A stretch of 64,000 nucleotides of DNA. Origin: an uncultured delta proteobacterium. GTDB lineage: Bacteria; Myxococcota; Myxococcia; Myxococcales; Myxococcaceae. A model generated the notes under the pieces. That model made no database searches. It was given only the letters and a program-made list of their open reading frames with translations, and was not told the DNA's origin. A program made the translations under genes and the position numbers. The first letter of the stretch is position 1. Each line of letters starts with the position of its first letter. The DNA is taken from assembly GCA_963771175.1 (NCBI GenBank), contig CAVYSY010000026.1:352001-416000 (forward strand), written 5' to 3'. Shown in pieces: positions 21,016 through 29,327 of this stretch.

Positions 21016-22761
21016 TCACGGCCTGACACCAGGAGGGGCCTGGAGGCGTCGCCGCTCGAGCACCCGCCGGAATCCGCTCTCCTTCTCGGAGGAGACGCAC
21101 ACCGCGTGGCCGTCGAGCACGCCACACACCACCGACTCCGGGTGGCGCAGGAAGGGCGCCAGGTACGCGGGGTGGACCACGTAGACGCTCTCGGGTTGGA
21201 ACTCGCCGCGCCCAGCCTCCTGCTGGAGCGCGGTGCAGTAGGCCTGGGCCCGGGCAGGGTCCACTCGCGCGAGGTATGCGCTGTTGAAGGTCATCCCCAG
21301 GGAGGCCGCCTTGTACGCGAACATGGGAGTGAAGGGCGCGCCGGCTCCGGGGTGCGGACAGCCTCGGCCGTTCCCGTCGTGGAGCTGCGGCGGGAACAGC
21401 ACGAGGTGGCGGTAGTCGTCCTTCATCCGGTCCCACTCGGGCGAGCGCAGGGCGTTCCAGGACTGGCCCTGGAAACGCTCCTGGGCCACGGCCGGGCCGA
21501 GGTCGAACATCTGCACGCCCACGGCGAGAGCGAGCAGCCCCGTGCCCACCCACGGTCGGCGGCGCCACGCACCCAGCACGAGCGCGAGCGCCCCCGTCAG
21601 CAAGGCGTAGTGCAGCGGCCAGATGAAGCGCCCCGAGGAGCGGAACGGCTCCACGAGCCGCATCACCGGCCCGTAGAGCCCCTGCAGGTCCAGCACCGGC
21701 CGACCCGCGAAGGTGACGCGCGAGGAGAGCGCGAACACGCCCAGCAGGAAGCAACCCACCGCCAGGGGCAGCGCGCGCTTCCACTGGGGCGTCCACTCCG
21801 AGTGCCGCGCCAGCCGCGACACCAGCGCGGAGCCCACGCCCAGCCCGAGCAGGAGCAGCACGCCCAGGCCCAGGTAGCCGAAACCCTCGTACTGGCCGCG
21901 CGCCGTGTTCAGGGTGGGCAGCAGCCGGGACCAGCCCATGGGATTGACGAGCGTGAGCAGGTCCGACGAGACATCACCGAAGCCCTCGATGCCGGCCGGG
22001 GTGCTCGTGCCCACGTAGCCGAGCAGCCAGAAGAGGCCCAGCAGGAGCGCGACGAGCCCCCCCAGGGAGAGTCCCACCCCACGCCAGGAGAGCGTCCCGT
22101 CCACCAGACGCAGCCGCAGCAGCGCCGCCGCCGCCAGCACCAGCCCCATGGCGGACAGGTACGGGTGGATGGTGGCGCTCAACGCCATCAGGAGGAACAT
22201 CACCGCCACGGCGCGCCGCGCCCCCGCCCGGTCCGGCCAGTCGCGCAGGTTCACCCAGAAGAGCCCGAGCAGGAGCCAGTGCGCGCAGAGGCTGTCATGC
22301 CCCAGGCGCCACATCAGCACGGGCGCGAGCGCGAAGAGCGCGCCTCCGAGAAAGTGCGCGGCCAGGTTCGGGGTGAAGAGCGCCGTCAGCCGGGCACCCA
22401 GATAGCCCTGGAGGGCGAAGCACAGCGCGAGCCAGGGGCCGATGTACTGGAACGGGAACGGCAGCAGCCCCGCGAAGGGCCGCAGCAGCAGGGCCACCAG
22501 GGGGATGGAGTCCATGTAGCCCAGGGTCGTCCCGAGCGGGTGCGCCAGACCGGGCACGGCCCCGAGGGGAAGCCCCAGCAGCGGCTCGTTGCGGAAGAAG
22601 AGCCAGCCCGTGAGGTGCTGGGACCAGTCGCCCACCATCAGCCAGTCCACCTGGCCCGGGTTCAGCGTCCGGTCTCCATGACTCAGGATGAACCAGAGCA
22701 CGCCGAAGGCCGCCGCCAGCAACGCGGGCAGGTGCTCCCGCCCCCGCTGCCACACGTTCAT
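21016..22761 (-). CDS. Multi-TM membrane protein (DUF6311/GT-C glycosyltransferase-like)
   Basis: GDWSQHLTGW, YMDSIPL, YEGFGYLGLG and FRSSGRFIWP; many TM helices. Confidence 0.7.
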   Translation of the reverse strand: MNVWQRGREHLPALLAAAFGVLWFILSHGDRTLNPGQVDWLMVGDWSQHLTGWLFFRNEPLLGLPLGAVPGLAHPLGTTLGYMDSIPLVALLLRPFAGLLPFPFQYIGPWLALCFALQGYLGARLTALFTPNLAAHFLGGALFALAPVLMWRLGHDSLCAHWLLLGLFWVNLRDWPDRAGARRAVAVMFLLMALSATIHPYLSAMGLVLAAAALLRLRLVDGTLSWRGVGLSLGGLVALLLGLFWLLGYVGTSTPAGIEGFGDVSSDLLTLVNPMGWSRLLPTLNTARGQYEGFGYLGLGVLLLLGLGVGSALVSRLARHSEWTPQWKRALPLAVGCFLLGVFALSSRVTFAGRPVLDLQGLYGPVMRLVEPFRSSGRFIWPLHYALLTGALALVLGAWRRRPWVGTGLLALAVGVQMFDLGPAVAQERFQGQSWNALRSPEWDRMKDDYRHLVLFPPQLHDGNGRGCPHPGAGAPFTPMFAYKAASLGMTFNSAYLARVDPARAQAYCTALQQEAGRGEFQPESVYVVHPAYLAPFLRHPESVVCGVLDGHAVCVSSEKESGFRRVLERRRLQAPPGVRP

Positions 22762-22912
22762 CCCAGCTCCACCTGTGTTCCCCATCGGTCCCCCCCTTAG
22801 CGGAAAGGCGAGCCGAAGCGTACCGCCTTCCCGTGGGCCCGGCGGGCCATCGGCCGCGCCCCGGACTCCGAGGCGGTGGACGGGCCCCGGAGGTCTTGCC
22901 ATCGTCCGGGCC

Positions 22913-23858
22913 ATGCGAATTGCTCGTCTGCTGACCCTCTCCGCGCTGGCGTTCGCGGCCCCCGCCGCTCGCCGCCCCCCCCAAGGGAAAGACCACCATG
23001 ACGAAGCCCTCCGAGACAAAGCCCTCCGAGACGAAGCCGCCCGACCTCGAGGCCGAGACGCGCGCCTGGCACCAGAAGCGCATCGCGAGCCTCACGTCCG
23101 ATGATGGCTGGCTCACCCTGGTGGGGCTGCACTGGTTGAAGGAAGGCGCCAACGACTTCGGCTCCTCGGAGGAGAACGAGTGCGTCTTCCCCGCGGGGAC
23201 GCCGGCGCGCATCGGCACCCTCACCCTGAAGGGCGGCAAGGTGACGCTGGCCGTCGCGCCGGGAGTCACCCTCACCCGGGCCGGCCAGCCCTTCACCGGA
23301 GGCGAGCTGCGCGACGACTCCGACGGCACGCCGGATGTGCTCTCGCTGGGGACGCTGCGCTTCTTCGTCATCCGCCGGGCAGAGCGGATTGGCATCCGGG
23401 TGAAGGACTCGGAGGCCGAGGCGCGCAAGAAGTTCCACGGCATCCCCACCTACCCGGTGAGCGCGGCCTGGCGCGTCGAGGGCCGCTTCGAGCCGGCGGC
23501 CACGCCCCGGAAGCTGTCGGTGCCCACGATGCTCGGCACGGTGGAGGAGATGAACTCGCCGGGCACGGCGGTGTTCACGGTGAACGGCCAGGAGTACCGG
23601 CTGGACGTCACGCAGGAGCCCGGGGACCCGCAGCTCTTCATCATCTTCTCGGACCTGACCAACCGCACGGAGACGTACGGCGCGGGCCGCTTCCTGTACG
23701 CGGACCTGCCCCGGGACGGGAAGGTGGTGCTGGACTTCAACCAGGCCTACAACCCCCCGTGCGCCTTCTCGCCCTACGCGACGTGCCCGCTGCCTCCGCC
23801 GCAGAACCGTCTGAAGCTGCGCGTGGAGGCCGGCGAGAAGCGCTACGGCGACCACTGA
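22913..23858 (+). CDS. DUF1684-like secreted protein (frameshift near 22980)
   Basis: GWLTLVGLHWL, TYGAGRFL and LDFNQAYNPPCAFSPYATCPLPP. Confidence 0.85.
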
Positions 23859-23955
23859 GTCGTCAGGAACACCGTCCGCCTCACGTCTCCCAAGCGGAAA
23901 ACCCGGCCGGGCCGAGCCCTCGGTCCGGGCCGGAGTGGACGCGAGGAGGCGTGAC

Positions 23956-24201
23956 ATGGCGACGCTGAACATCACCTACAACGGGCTGTCCTCGGACCTG
24001 CCGCTGGAGCTGGACGGCCACGTGGCGGACGTGGACGTGCGGCGCATCGCGGTGGAGGTGGTGCGCTCGGGCGGGGCGCCGGGGCTGCACATCGCCAACC
24101 TGCGCGAGGACGCCTTCGCCCACTACGTGGTGGACCGGTTCCGCGGGCCCCGGGGCGAGGAGCGCATCTACCTGCGGCCCAAGGTGCCCTTCGGGGCGTG
24201 A
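23956..24201 (+). CDS. Candidate ubiquitin-like (beta-grasp) protein, 81 aa, ending PKVPFGA
   Basis: GAGGAGG RBS; beta-beta-alpha-beta pattern with an extended tail and penultimate Gly; directly upstream of ThiF. Confidence 0.65.
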   Translation: MATLNITYNGLSSDLPLELDGHVADVDVRRIAVEVVRSGGAPGLHIANLREDAFAHYVVDRFRGPRGEERIYLRPKVPFGA

Positions 24202-24214
24202 GGGAGGGCCCACC

Positions 24215-24793
24215 ATGCGCATCGTCTTCTGCGGAGTGGGGGCCATCGGCTCCACGGCGGCGGTGCTGTGCCGCAACCTGGAGGCGACGCTCGTCTTCAT
24301 CGACTTCGACCGGGTGGAGTCCAAGAACCTGCTGGCGCAGGCCTTCGTGAAGCCCTCGGTGGGGAAGAACAAGGCGGAGGCGCTGAAGCTCCAGTTGCTC
24401 AACCTGCACGGGGTGAAGGCCGAGGCCTTCGGCGTGCGGGTGACGCGGGACAACGTGGCGGCGCTGTGCGGGAGCGCGGACCTGCTCGTCGACTGCTTCG
24501 ACAACCAGGAGAGCCGGCTGCTGCTGAGCGGGTTCGCCCGGAGCGCGGGCAAGCCGCTGGTGCACGGGGCGCTGGCGGCGGACGGCACCTTCGGGCTGGT
24601 GCGCTGGGACGAGCGCTTCGTCCCGGACGCCGAGGACACCGTGGGCCAGGCCACCTGCGAGGGCGGCGCGCACCTGCCGCTCATCGGCCAGCTCGGCGCC
24701 ACGCTCGCACGGGTAGTGCAGGACTTCGTGAAGCACGGCACTCGCCGTGACGCGATGGTGAGCCTCGTGGCGGTGACGCCGACCGCGAGCTGA
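24215..24793 (+). CDS. ThiF/MoeB-family E1-like adenylyltransferase
   Basis: GVGAIG, IDFDRVESKNL, GKNKAE and VDCFDN motifs; candidate catalytic Cys in QATCEG. Confidence 0.88.
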   Translation: MRIVFCGVGAIGSTAAVLCRNLEATLVFIDFDRVESKNLLAQAFVKPSVGKNKAEALKLQLLNLHGVKAEAFGVRVTRDNVAALCGSADLLVDCFDNQESRLLLSGFARSAGKPLVHGALAADGTFGLVRWDERFVPDAEDTVGQATCEGGAHLPLIGQLGATLARVVQDFVKHGTRRDAMVSLVAVTPTAS

Positions 24794-24828
24794 AGGAAGG
24801 GGGATATGCTCCAGGGCACGAGGTCCTC

Positions 24829-25422
24829 ATGCACCGTGTCGCGTTGCTCCTCTGTTCCCTCTGTGTCCTCTGCCCGCGGGTAGCGCTGGCGGAAGACTTC
24901 GTGACCCGCATCCAGAACTGGTTCTCGGGGCTCGGGAAGCCCGCGGCCCCGCCCCCTCCCGAAGACCTGGGTGCCCGGAACACCTTCACCATCAACCCGA
25001 TGGTGCTCCGGGACGAGCGGCTCGGCGTCGAGTACGAGCGCGCCTTCGGCCGGGGCTTCTCCGTCTACCTCGCGCCCGAGTTCGCCTATGGCCAAGCGGA
25101 GCACTCCTGGAACCTGTCGCTCGGAGGGACGCTGGGCACGCGCTTCTTCGTGCTCGGCAGCGCCCCCAGCGGCATCTACTTCGGACCCGAGTTCGGCGTG
25201 GACTACCAGCGCGCCTACCAGGACCAGAAGCTGCGGAAGGGCTTCGGGCTGGGGCTCGGCGGGAACGTCGGCTGGACCCTGGTGCTCTTCAACCGCCTCA
25301 CGGTCGCGGCGGGGCTCTCGGCCCAGTACCGGGCCATCCCGGACCTCGAGTCCTCCGAGGAGGAGGCCATCCGTGTGGAGCTCGTGCCCACCCCTCGACT
25401 GGCCTTCGGCGTGGCCTTCTGA
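24829..25422 (+). CDS. Putative small outer-membrane beta-barrel protein
   Basis: Signal peptide, amphipathic strands and a terminal Phe (LAFGVAF). Confidence 0.65.
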   Translation: MHRVALLLCSLCVLCPRVALAEDFVTRIQNWFSGLGKPAAPPPPEDLGARNTFTINPMVLRDERLGVEYERAFGRGFSVYLAPEFAYGQAEHSWNLSLGGTLGTRFFVLGSAPSGIYFGPEFGVDYQRAYQDQKLRKGFGLGLGGNVGWTLVLFNRLTVAAGLSAQYRAIPDLESSEEEAIRVELVPTPRLAFGVAF

Positions 25423-25430
25423 CCCGGGGC

Positions 25431-26207
25431 CTACCGCCGCTTCACCGCGAAGGGCCCGAAGGCCTGGTCGGCCGGCATCACCTCGACGAGGTTGATGTTC
25501 ACATGGGCCGGTCGCGACGCCGTCCACACCACGATGTCCGCGATGTCCCGCGCGGTGAGCGGCTCCATGCCCGCGTACGTGGCGTTGGCGCGCGAGGCAT
25601 CGCCCTTGAAGCGCACCAGTGAGAACTCGGTCTCGACCATGCCGGGCTCGATGTTGGTGACGCGCACCCGGGTGCCGATCAGGTCCGCCTTGAGGTTCTG
25701 GGAGAACTGGTGGACGAAGGCCTTGGTGGCGCCGTAGACGTTGCCGCCCGGGTACGGGTAGGTGGCCGCCACCGAGCCGATGTTCACCACGTGCCCGCGG
25801 TTGCGCGCCACCATGCCCGGCAGCAGCGCGCGCGTCACGTAGAGCAGGCCCTTGCAGTTGGTGTCGATCATCCGCTCCCAGTCATCGAGCGAGCCCTGGT
25901 GCGCGGGCTCGAGCCCCAGGCCCAGGCCGGCGTTGTTGACGAGGATGTCCACCTCGGAGAAGGGCGGGGAGAGCCGGGCGAGCGAGTCCTCCACCTCGCG
26001 GCGCTGGCTCACGTCGAAGAGGAGGACGTGCGAGGGACCCGGCAGGCGCGCGGCGAGCTCCTCGAGGCGGGACTCGCGGCGGCCGGTGAGGACGAGGCGG
26101 GCACCAGCGGCGGAGAGGAGCTCGGCGCAGGCCGCGCCGATACCGGAGCTGGCCCCCGTGACGAGGGCGGTCTGGCCCGAGAGAGGGCCTTGGACAGGAG
26201 CGTTCAT
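25431..26207 (-). CDS. Short-chain dehydrogenase, YdfG-like
   Basis: TGASSGIG, NNAG, YPGGNVYGATK and IEPGMV. Confidence 0.9.
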   Translation of the reverse strand: MNAPVQGPLSGQTALVTGASSGIGAACAELLSAAGARLVLTGRRESRLEELAARLPGPSHVLLFDVSQRREVEDSLARLSPPFSEVDILVNNAGLGLGLEPAHQGSLDDWERMIDTNCKGLLYVTRALLPGMVARNRGHVVNIGSVAATYPYPGGNVYGATKAFVHQFSQNLKADLIGTRVRVTNIEPGMVETEFSLVRFKGDASRANATYAGMEPLTARDIADIVVWTASRPAHVNINLVEVMPADQAFGPFAVKRR

Positions 26208-26227
26208 GGAGCCGCCATACTACCGGC

Positions 26228-27614
26228 TCACGGGGAGGGCCAGCGCTCCAGTTCCATCTCGTCGAGGAACACCGTGTGGTTGTTGCCGTTCAGCGGCTGG
26301 ACGGCGATGCCGCGCACGGCCTTCAGGGTGAGCCCGTCGTTGGGTGCGCCCGCGGGCTGCCAGTCGTTCCGCCGGGTGAAGGCCGACAGGGGCACGCTCA
26401 TCCACTTCCAGCCGACGTTGTCATCCTTGAAGCCGAACTCGAAGCGCTCGGCCGAGTCCGCGCTGTCGCCGTTGTCCCACAGCTCCAGGCGGAAGGAGTC
26501 TCCGGTGTTGGTGCCGTGGAACCAGAAGTTCAGGTAGTGCCCCTGGCTCCAATCCAGGGGCGTCTCGAAGGTGCGCGCGAGGCTGGCCTGCGACGAGCTG
26601 GCGATGTCGTACTCCAGCACGAACGTGTTCCCCACGTGCCCATACTCATGCAGCCAGACGTTGAGCCGCGAGCCCGACCCGACCGACATCGTCCAGGTGC
26701 CGAGCGCCTCGAAGTCCTCCACCACCTCCTTCGGAGCGGCCAGCCCGTAGCGGACCTCGTCATAGAAGGAGACCATCGGCGAGCCCGGCCAGGTGAAGGA
26801 GCCCATCCAGTACTCGGTGCCCGGACCGACGCCGGGCCAGAAGTTCATGATGATCCGCCCCGGATGGGAGGGCAACGACCCCAGCGGGCCCGTCGCGCTC
26901 TGGACACGCGAGCCGTCGACGTACCAGTGGAGGGCCTCGCGCGTCCATTCGAGGCCGTAGGTGTGGAAGGCCTCCGCGGCGTCGAAGGGAAGGTCGAGCC
27001 CCGCGTAGTGGCCCTGTCCGTTGACCACGTAGTTCATCTGCATCCGCCGGGTGTTCAGCCCGACGAAGGCGATGTCGATGCCATCCCAGCGCGTATTCTC
27101 AGCCGGGCCCGTGTAGATGCTGAAGGACGTCAGCGTGCCCGAGCCGCGCGCGGGCTTCATCCGGACCTCGTAGCGCCCGTAGCCGTGGAGCCGCGTGGAG
27201 GCGACCTCGCCCGAAGCATAGGGGCGGCCGGAGCACCCGTCCGGGCACGGCGTCTTGTCGAGCTGCAGCTCCAGGATCCCACCGTTGGCCCGCACGTGGT
27301 CGGCACGCCAGCCGGCATTGAAGTCCTCGCTGCTGGCCCAGCCATCCGAGCGGCGCCAACGCGTGGTGTCGAACGTGTCGAACGTGTCGTCGAAGGTCCC
27401 AGGGCCCTCCAGCCAGGAGAGTGTCGGGGGGCCACCGTCGACGCCGCCGACATAATCGCTACTTCCCGCGTCCGTCCCACCAGCCACCGCCACCTCCTCC
27501 CTGCCCCACACCTCCATCGGAGGTGGAGATGCCGTCGTAGTCGGACCAGCGGCAGCCCGCCTGGAGCAGACCGGTCGCCAGCAGGAGCAGTCCCCATCTC
27601 ACGTTGCGAGCCAT
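26228..27614 (-). CDS. GH16 (licheninase-like) + CBM11-like lipoprotein with catalytic Glu residues absent; frameshift near 27500
   Basis: AAGGAGG RBS, signal peptide MARNVRWGLLLLATGLLQAGC; YGRYEVRMKP, FHTYGLEW, WYVDG and IMNFWPG; active-site segment reads WDGIDIAF. Confidence 0.75.
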
Positions 27615-27782
27615 GTGTCGCACCCTCCTTGGACGCGCATGGCGCCGAATCTACCAAGCCGGGCCCTCCCGGGTGCGCCGCCTGGCTGCTCGCTCTCCGA
27701 AACCGTCCGAAAAACTCCGGGAAAATGCCGCGTCAGGATTCCGGGAACCCAGCGTCCATTACCCGTGAAAGGAGCGGTGACG

Positions 27783-27956
27783 ATGCGGACGATGACGAAG
27801 CAGAGCACGATGAATCCGAAGCAGCACAGCAACGCCGGTTTCAAGCCCGTGCGCTTCAGCATCCGCCCGGTCCCCGCCTCCTCGTATCCGCTGTATCCCG
27901 TCGACGGGCGCGATTCCCGCGGCTCCTTCGACCCGCCACACCCTGGCCTCTTCTGA
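27783..27956 (+). CDS. Putative leader peptide (57 aa) upstream of the tRNA array
   Basis: AAGGAG at 27769-27774, 8 nt before the ATG; MRTMTKQSTMNPKQ...RGSFDPPHPGLF*. Confidence 0.6.
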   Translation: MRTMTKQSTMNPKQHSNAGFKPVRFSIRPVPASSYPLYPVDGRDSRGSFDPPHPGLF

Positions 27957-27983
27957 TGCTCCGCCTCCCGAAGTGAGGCGGCG

Positions 27984-28028
27984 GCGAAAGAGGCCGGGTT
28001 CCCGAAAGGGGCCCGGCCTCTCGCTTTT
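27984..28028 (+). terminator. Intrinsic terminator / attenuator hairpin
   Basis: GAGGCCGGGTTCCC-GAAA-GGGGCCCGGCCTC stem-loop, extended by GCGA/TCGC and followed by TTTT. Confidence 0.7.
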
Positions 28029-28044
28029 CCAGCCTCACTCCTCC

Positions 28045-28131
28045 GGGGACGTAGAGCGTTACGCGAAGACGCACCGGCCTGTAGAGCCGGAGCCTTCAAT
28101 GGCCCGCTGGGTTCAACTCCCAGCGTCCCCA
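28045..28131 (+). tRNA. tRNA-Tyr(GTA), atypical D-loop
   Basis: Acceptor GGGGACG/CGTCCCC; anticodon arm CCGGC-CTGTAGA-GCCGG; long variable arm; TTCAACT T-loop. Confidence 0.75.
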
Positions 28132-28150
28132 CTCCGCAGTGGAAGTACGG

Positions 28151-28168
28151 GTTCTCTGACAACTGAAT
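28151..28168 (+). promoter_or_regulatory. boxA-like antitermination element
   Basis: GTTCTCTGACAACTGAAT resembles the GTTCTTTGAAAACTGAAT motif of rrn leaders and spacers. Confidence 0.45.
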
Positions 28169-28211
28169 CGCAGTGGTGAAGCGCCGCCTGCCCTCAAGCG
28201 AGGCGGCACAC

Positions 28212-28282
28212 GCCTCCGTAGCTCACGGGTAGAGCATCCGCCTCTTAAGCGGACGGTGAGGGTTCGAGTCCCTCCGGAGGTA
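28212..28282 (+). tRNA. tRNA-Lys(CTT)
   Basis: TCCGC-CTCTTAA-GCGGA; acceptor GCCTCCG/CGGAGGT; GGTTCGAGTCC. Confidence 0.88.
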
Positions 28283-28289
28283 CTCATAC

Positions 28290-28363
28290 GCGGATGTCGT
28301 CCAGCGGCAGGACACCGGCCTCCCAAGTCGGAAACACGGGTTCGAATCCCGTCACCCGCTCCA
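28290..28363 (+). tRNA. tRNA-Gly(CCC), CCA encoded
   Basis: CCGGC-CTCCCAA-GTCGG; GGTTCGAATCC; ends TCCA. Confidence 0.88.
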
Positions 28364-28368
28364 CCTAT

Positions 28369-28439
28369 TCCGGGATCGTCCAGCGGCAGGACGGCGGGCT
28401 CTGACCCCGCAGACGCAGGTTCGAATCCTGCTCCCGGAG
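28369..28439 (+). tRNA. tRNA-Gln(CTG)
   Basis: GCGGG-CTCTGAC-CCCGC; acceptor TCCGGGA/TCCCGGA. Confidence 0.9.
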
Positions 28440-28462
28440 CTGTCGCAGCACAGGCAACACAT

Positions 28463-28534
28463 TCCACGGTAGCTCAATGGCAGAGCAGGCGGCTGTTAAC
28501 CGCAAGATTGGGGGTTCGAGTCCCTCCCGTGGAG
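28463..28534 (+). tRNA. tRNA-Asn(GTT)
   Basis: GCGG-CTGTTAA-CCGC; acceptor TCCACGG/CCGTGGA. Confidence 0.9.
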
Positions 28535-28539
28535 CAACT

Positions 28540-28615
28540 CGGGGTGTAGCTCAGTCTGGACGAGAGCGCGTGCTTGGGGTGCACGAGGTCGTCGGTTCGA
28601 ATCCGGCCACCCCGA
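28540..28615 (+). tRNA. tRNA-Pro(GGG)
   Basis: CGTGC-TTGGGGT-GCACG; acceptor CGGGGTG/CACCCCG. Confidence 0.9.
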
Positions 28616-28635
28616 CTCCGTTTCAACCGTTTCAT

Positions 28636-28709
28636 CTGGGTGTGGCTCAACTTGGTAGAGCGCGCGGTTCGGATCCGCGAGGTTGCAGGTTCAAATCCTG
28701 TCACCCAGA
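28636..28709 (+). tRNA. tRNA-Pro(CGG), A37
   Basis: CGCGG-TTCGGAT-CCGCG; acceptor CTGGGTG/CACCCAG. Confidence 0.88.
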
Positions 28710-28715
28710 CATTTC

Positions 28716-28789
28716 GCCTCCGTAGCTCAGGGGAACAGAGCGCACGGCTCCGGACCGTGAGGCCGCAGGTTCGAATCCTGCCGGGGGCA
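28716..28789 (+). tRNA. tRNA-Arg(CCG)
   Basis: CACGG-CTCCGGA-CCGTG; GGTTCGAATCC. Confidence 0.88.
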
Positions 28790-28798
28790 CAGCTTCGA

Positions 28799-28870
28799 TG
28801 CGGAGTGGGACCGGACGTCCCACCGGGTCTCATACGCCTGGGTCGCAGGGTTCGACTCCCTGCTCCGCAA
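28799..28870 (+). tRNA. tRNA-Met/fMet-like (CAT), short atypical D arm
   Basis: CGGGT-CTCATAC-GCCTG; acceptor TGCGGAG/CTCCGCA. Confidence 0.7.
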
Positions 28871-28882
28871 CTTCTTCATCAT

Positions 28883-28955
28883 GCCGTCCTGGCGTAGGTG
28901 GTCCGCGCGCCCGTCTGAAGAGCGGGAGGACCGGGTTCGATTCCTGGGGACGGCA
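28883..28955 (+). tRNA. tRNA-Phe(GAA), G37
   Basis: CCCGT-CTGAAGA-GCGGG; acceptor GCCGTCC/GGACGGC. Confidence 0.85.
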
Positions 28956-28963
28956 CTCGTTTT

Positions 28964-29037
28964 GCTCCTGTAGCTCAGCTGGTAGCAGCACCGGTTTCGT
29001 AAACCGGGGGTCGTCGGTTCGAACCCGACCGGGAGCA
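28964..29037 (+). tRNA. tRNA-Thr(CGT)
   Basis: CCGGT-TTCGTAA-ACCGG; acceptor GCTCCTG/CGGGAGC. Confidence 0.88.
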
Positions 29038-29053
29038 CTGTTTCACGCAGCAT

Positions 29054-29125
29054 GTTGGCTGAAGGCAAAGGGTGAGCCACCGGTCGTGAATCCGGTTCCA
29101 GAGGGTTCGAGTCCCTCCAGCCGAC
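29054..29125 (+). tRNA. tRNA-His(GTG)-like, irregular anticodon loop
   Basis: 8-bp acceptor GTTGGCTG/CAGCCGAC (G-1:C73); ACCGG-TCGTGAAT-CCGGT, possibly with a one-base sequencing deletion. Confidence 0.65.
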
Positions 29126-29132
29126 CTTCTTC

Positions 29133-29205
29133 GCACGCCGAGCCAGCTGGAGACGGCGTTGGTCCCACACACCAATTTCGCCGGGTTCGATCCCCGGGGC
29201 GTGCA
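29133..29205 (+). tRNA. tRNA-Val(CAC), C33
   Basis: TTGGT-CCCACAC-ACCAA; acceptor GCACGCC/GGCGTGC. Confidence 0.72.
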
Positions 29206-29226
29206 CTGCAACAGACTCCCCAACGC

Positions 29227-29301
29227 GTCCGCGTGGCCCAATCGGGAGAGGCGGCTGGCTCAAACCCAGCTCACGTGCGAGTTCGACTCTCGCCGCGGAC
29301 A
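29227..29301 (+). tRNA. tRNA-Leu(CAA) with short variable region
   Basis: GCTGG-CTCAAAC-CCAGC; acceptor GTCCGCG/CGCGGAC; variable region only TCACGT. Confidence 0.78.
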
Positions 29302-29327
29302 TACCCCCCAAGAAGGACAACCGAGTC

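Noticed and set aside
23902..23932. GC-rich hairpin upstream of the Ubl gene as a riboswitch
   Set aside because: It is a single stem-loop without recognisable aptamer features; more likely a terminator or stabiliser for the upstream gene.
23956..24793. ThiS/ThiF or MoaD/MoeB cofactor biosynthesis pair
   Set aside because: The small protein lacks a terminal GG, the E1 lacks zinc motifs, and no thi/moa genes are nearby; disfavoured but not excluded.
28212..29301. CRISPR-like periodic repeats (GGTTCGA.TCC)
   Set aside because: These are tRNA T-arms, not direct repeats with spacers; there are no cas genes.
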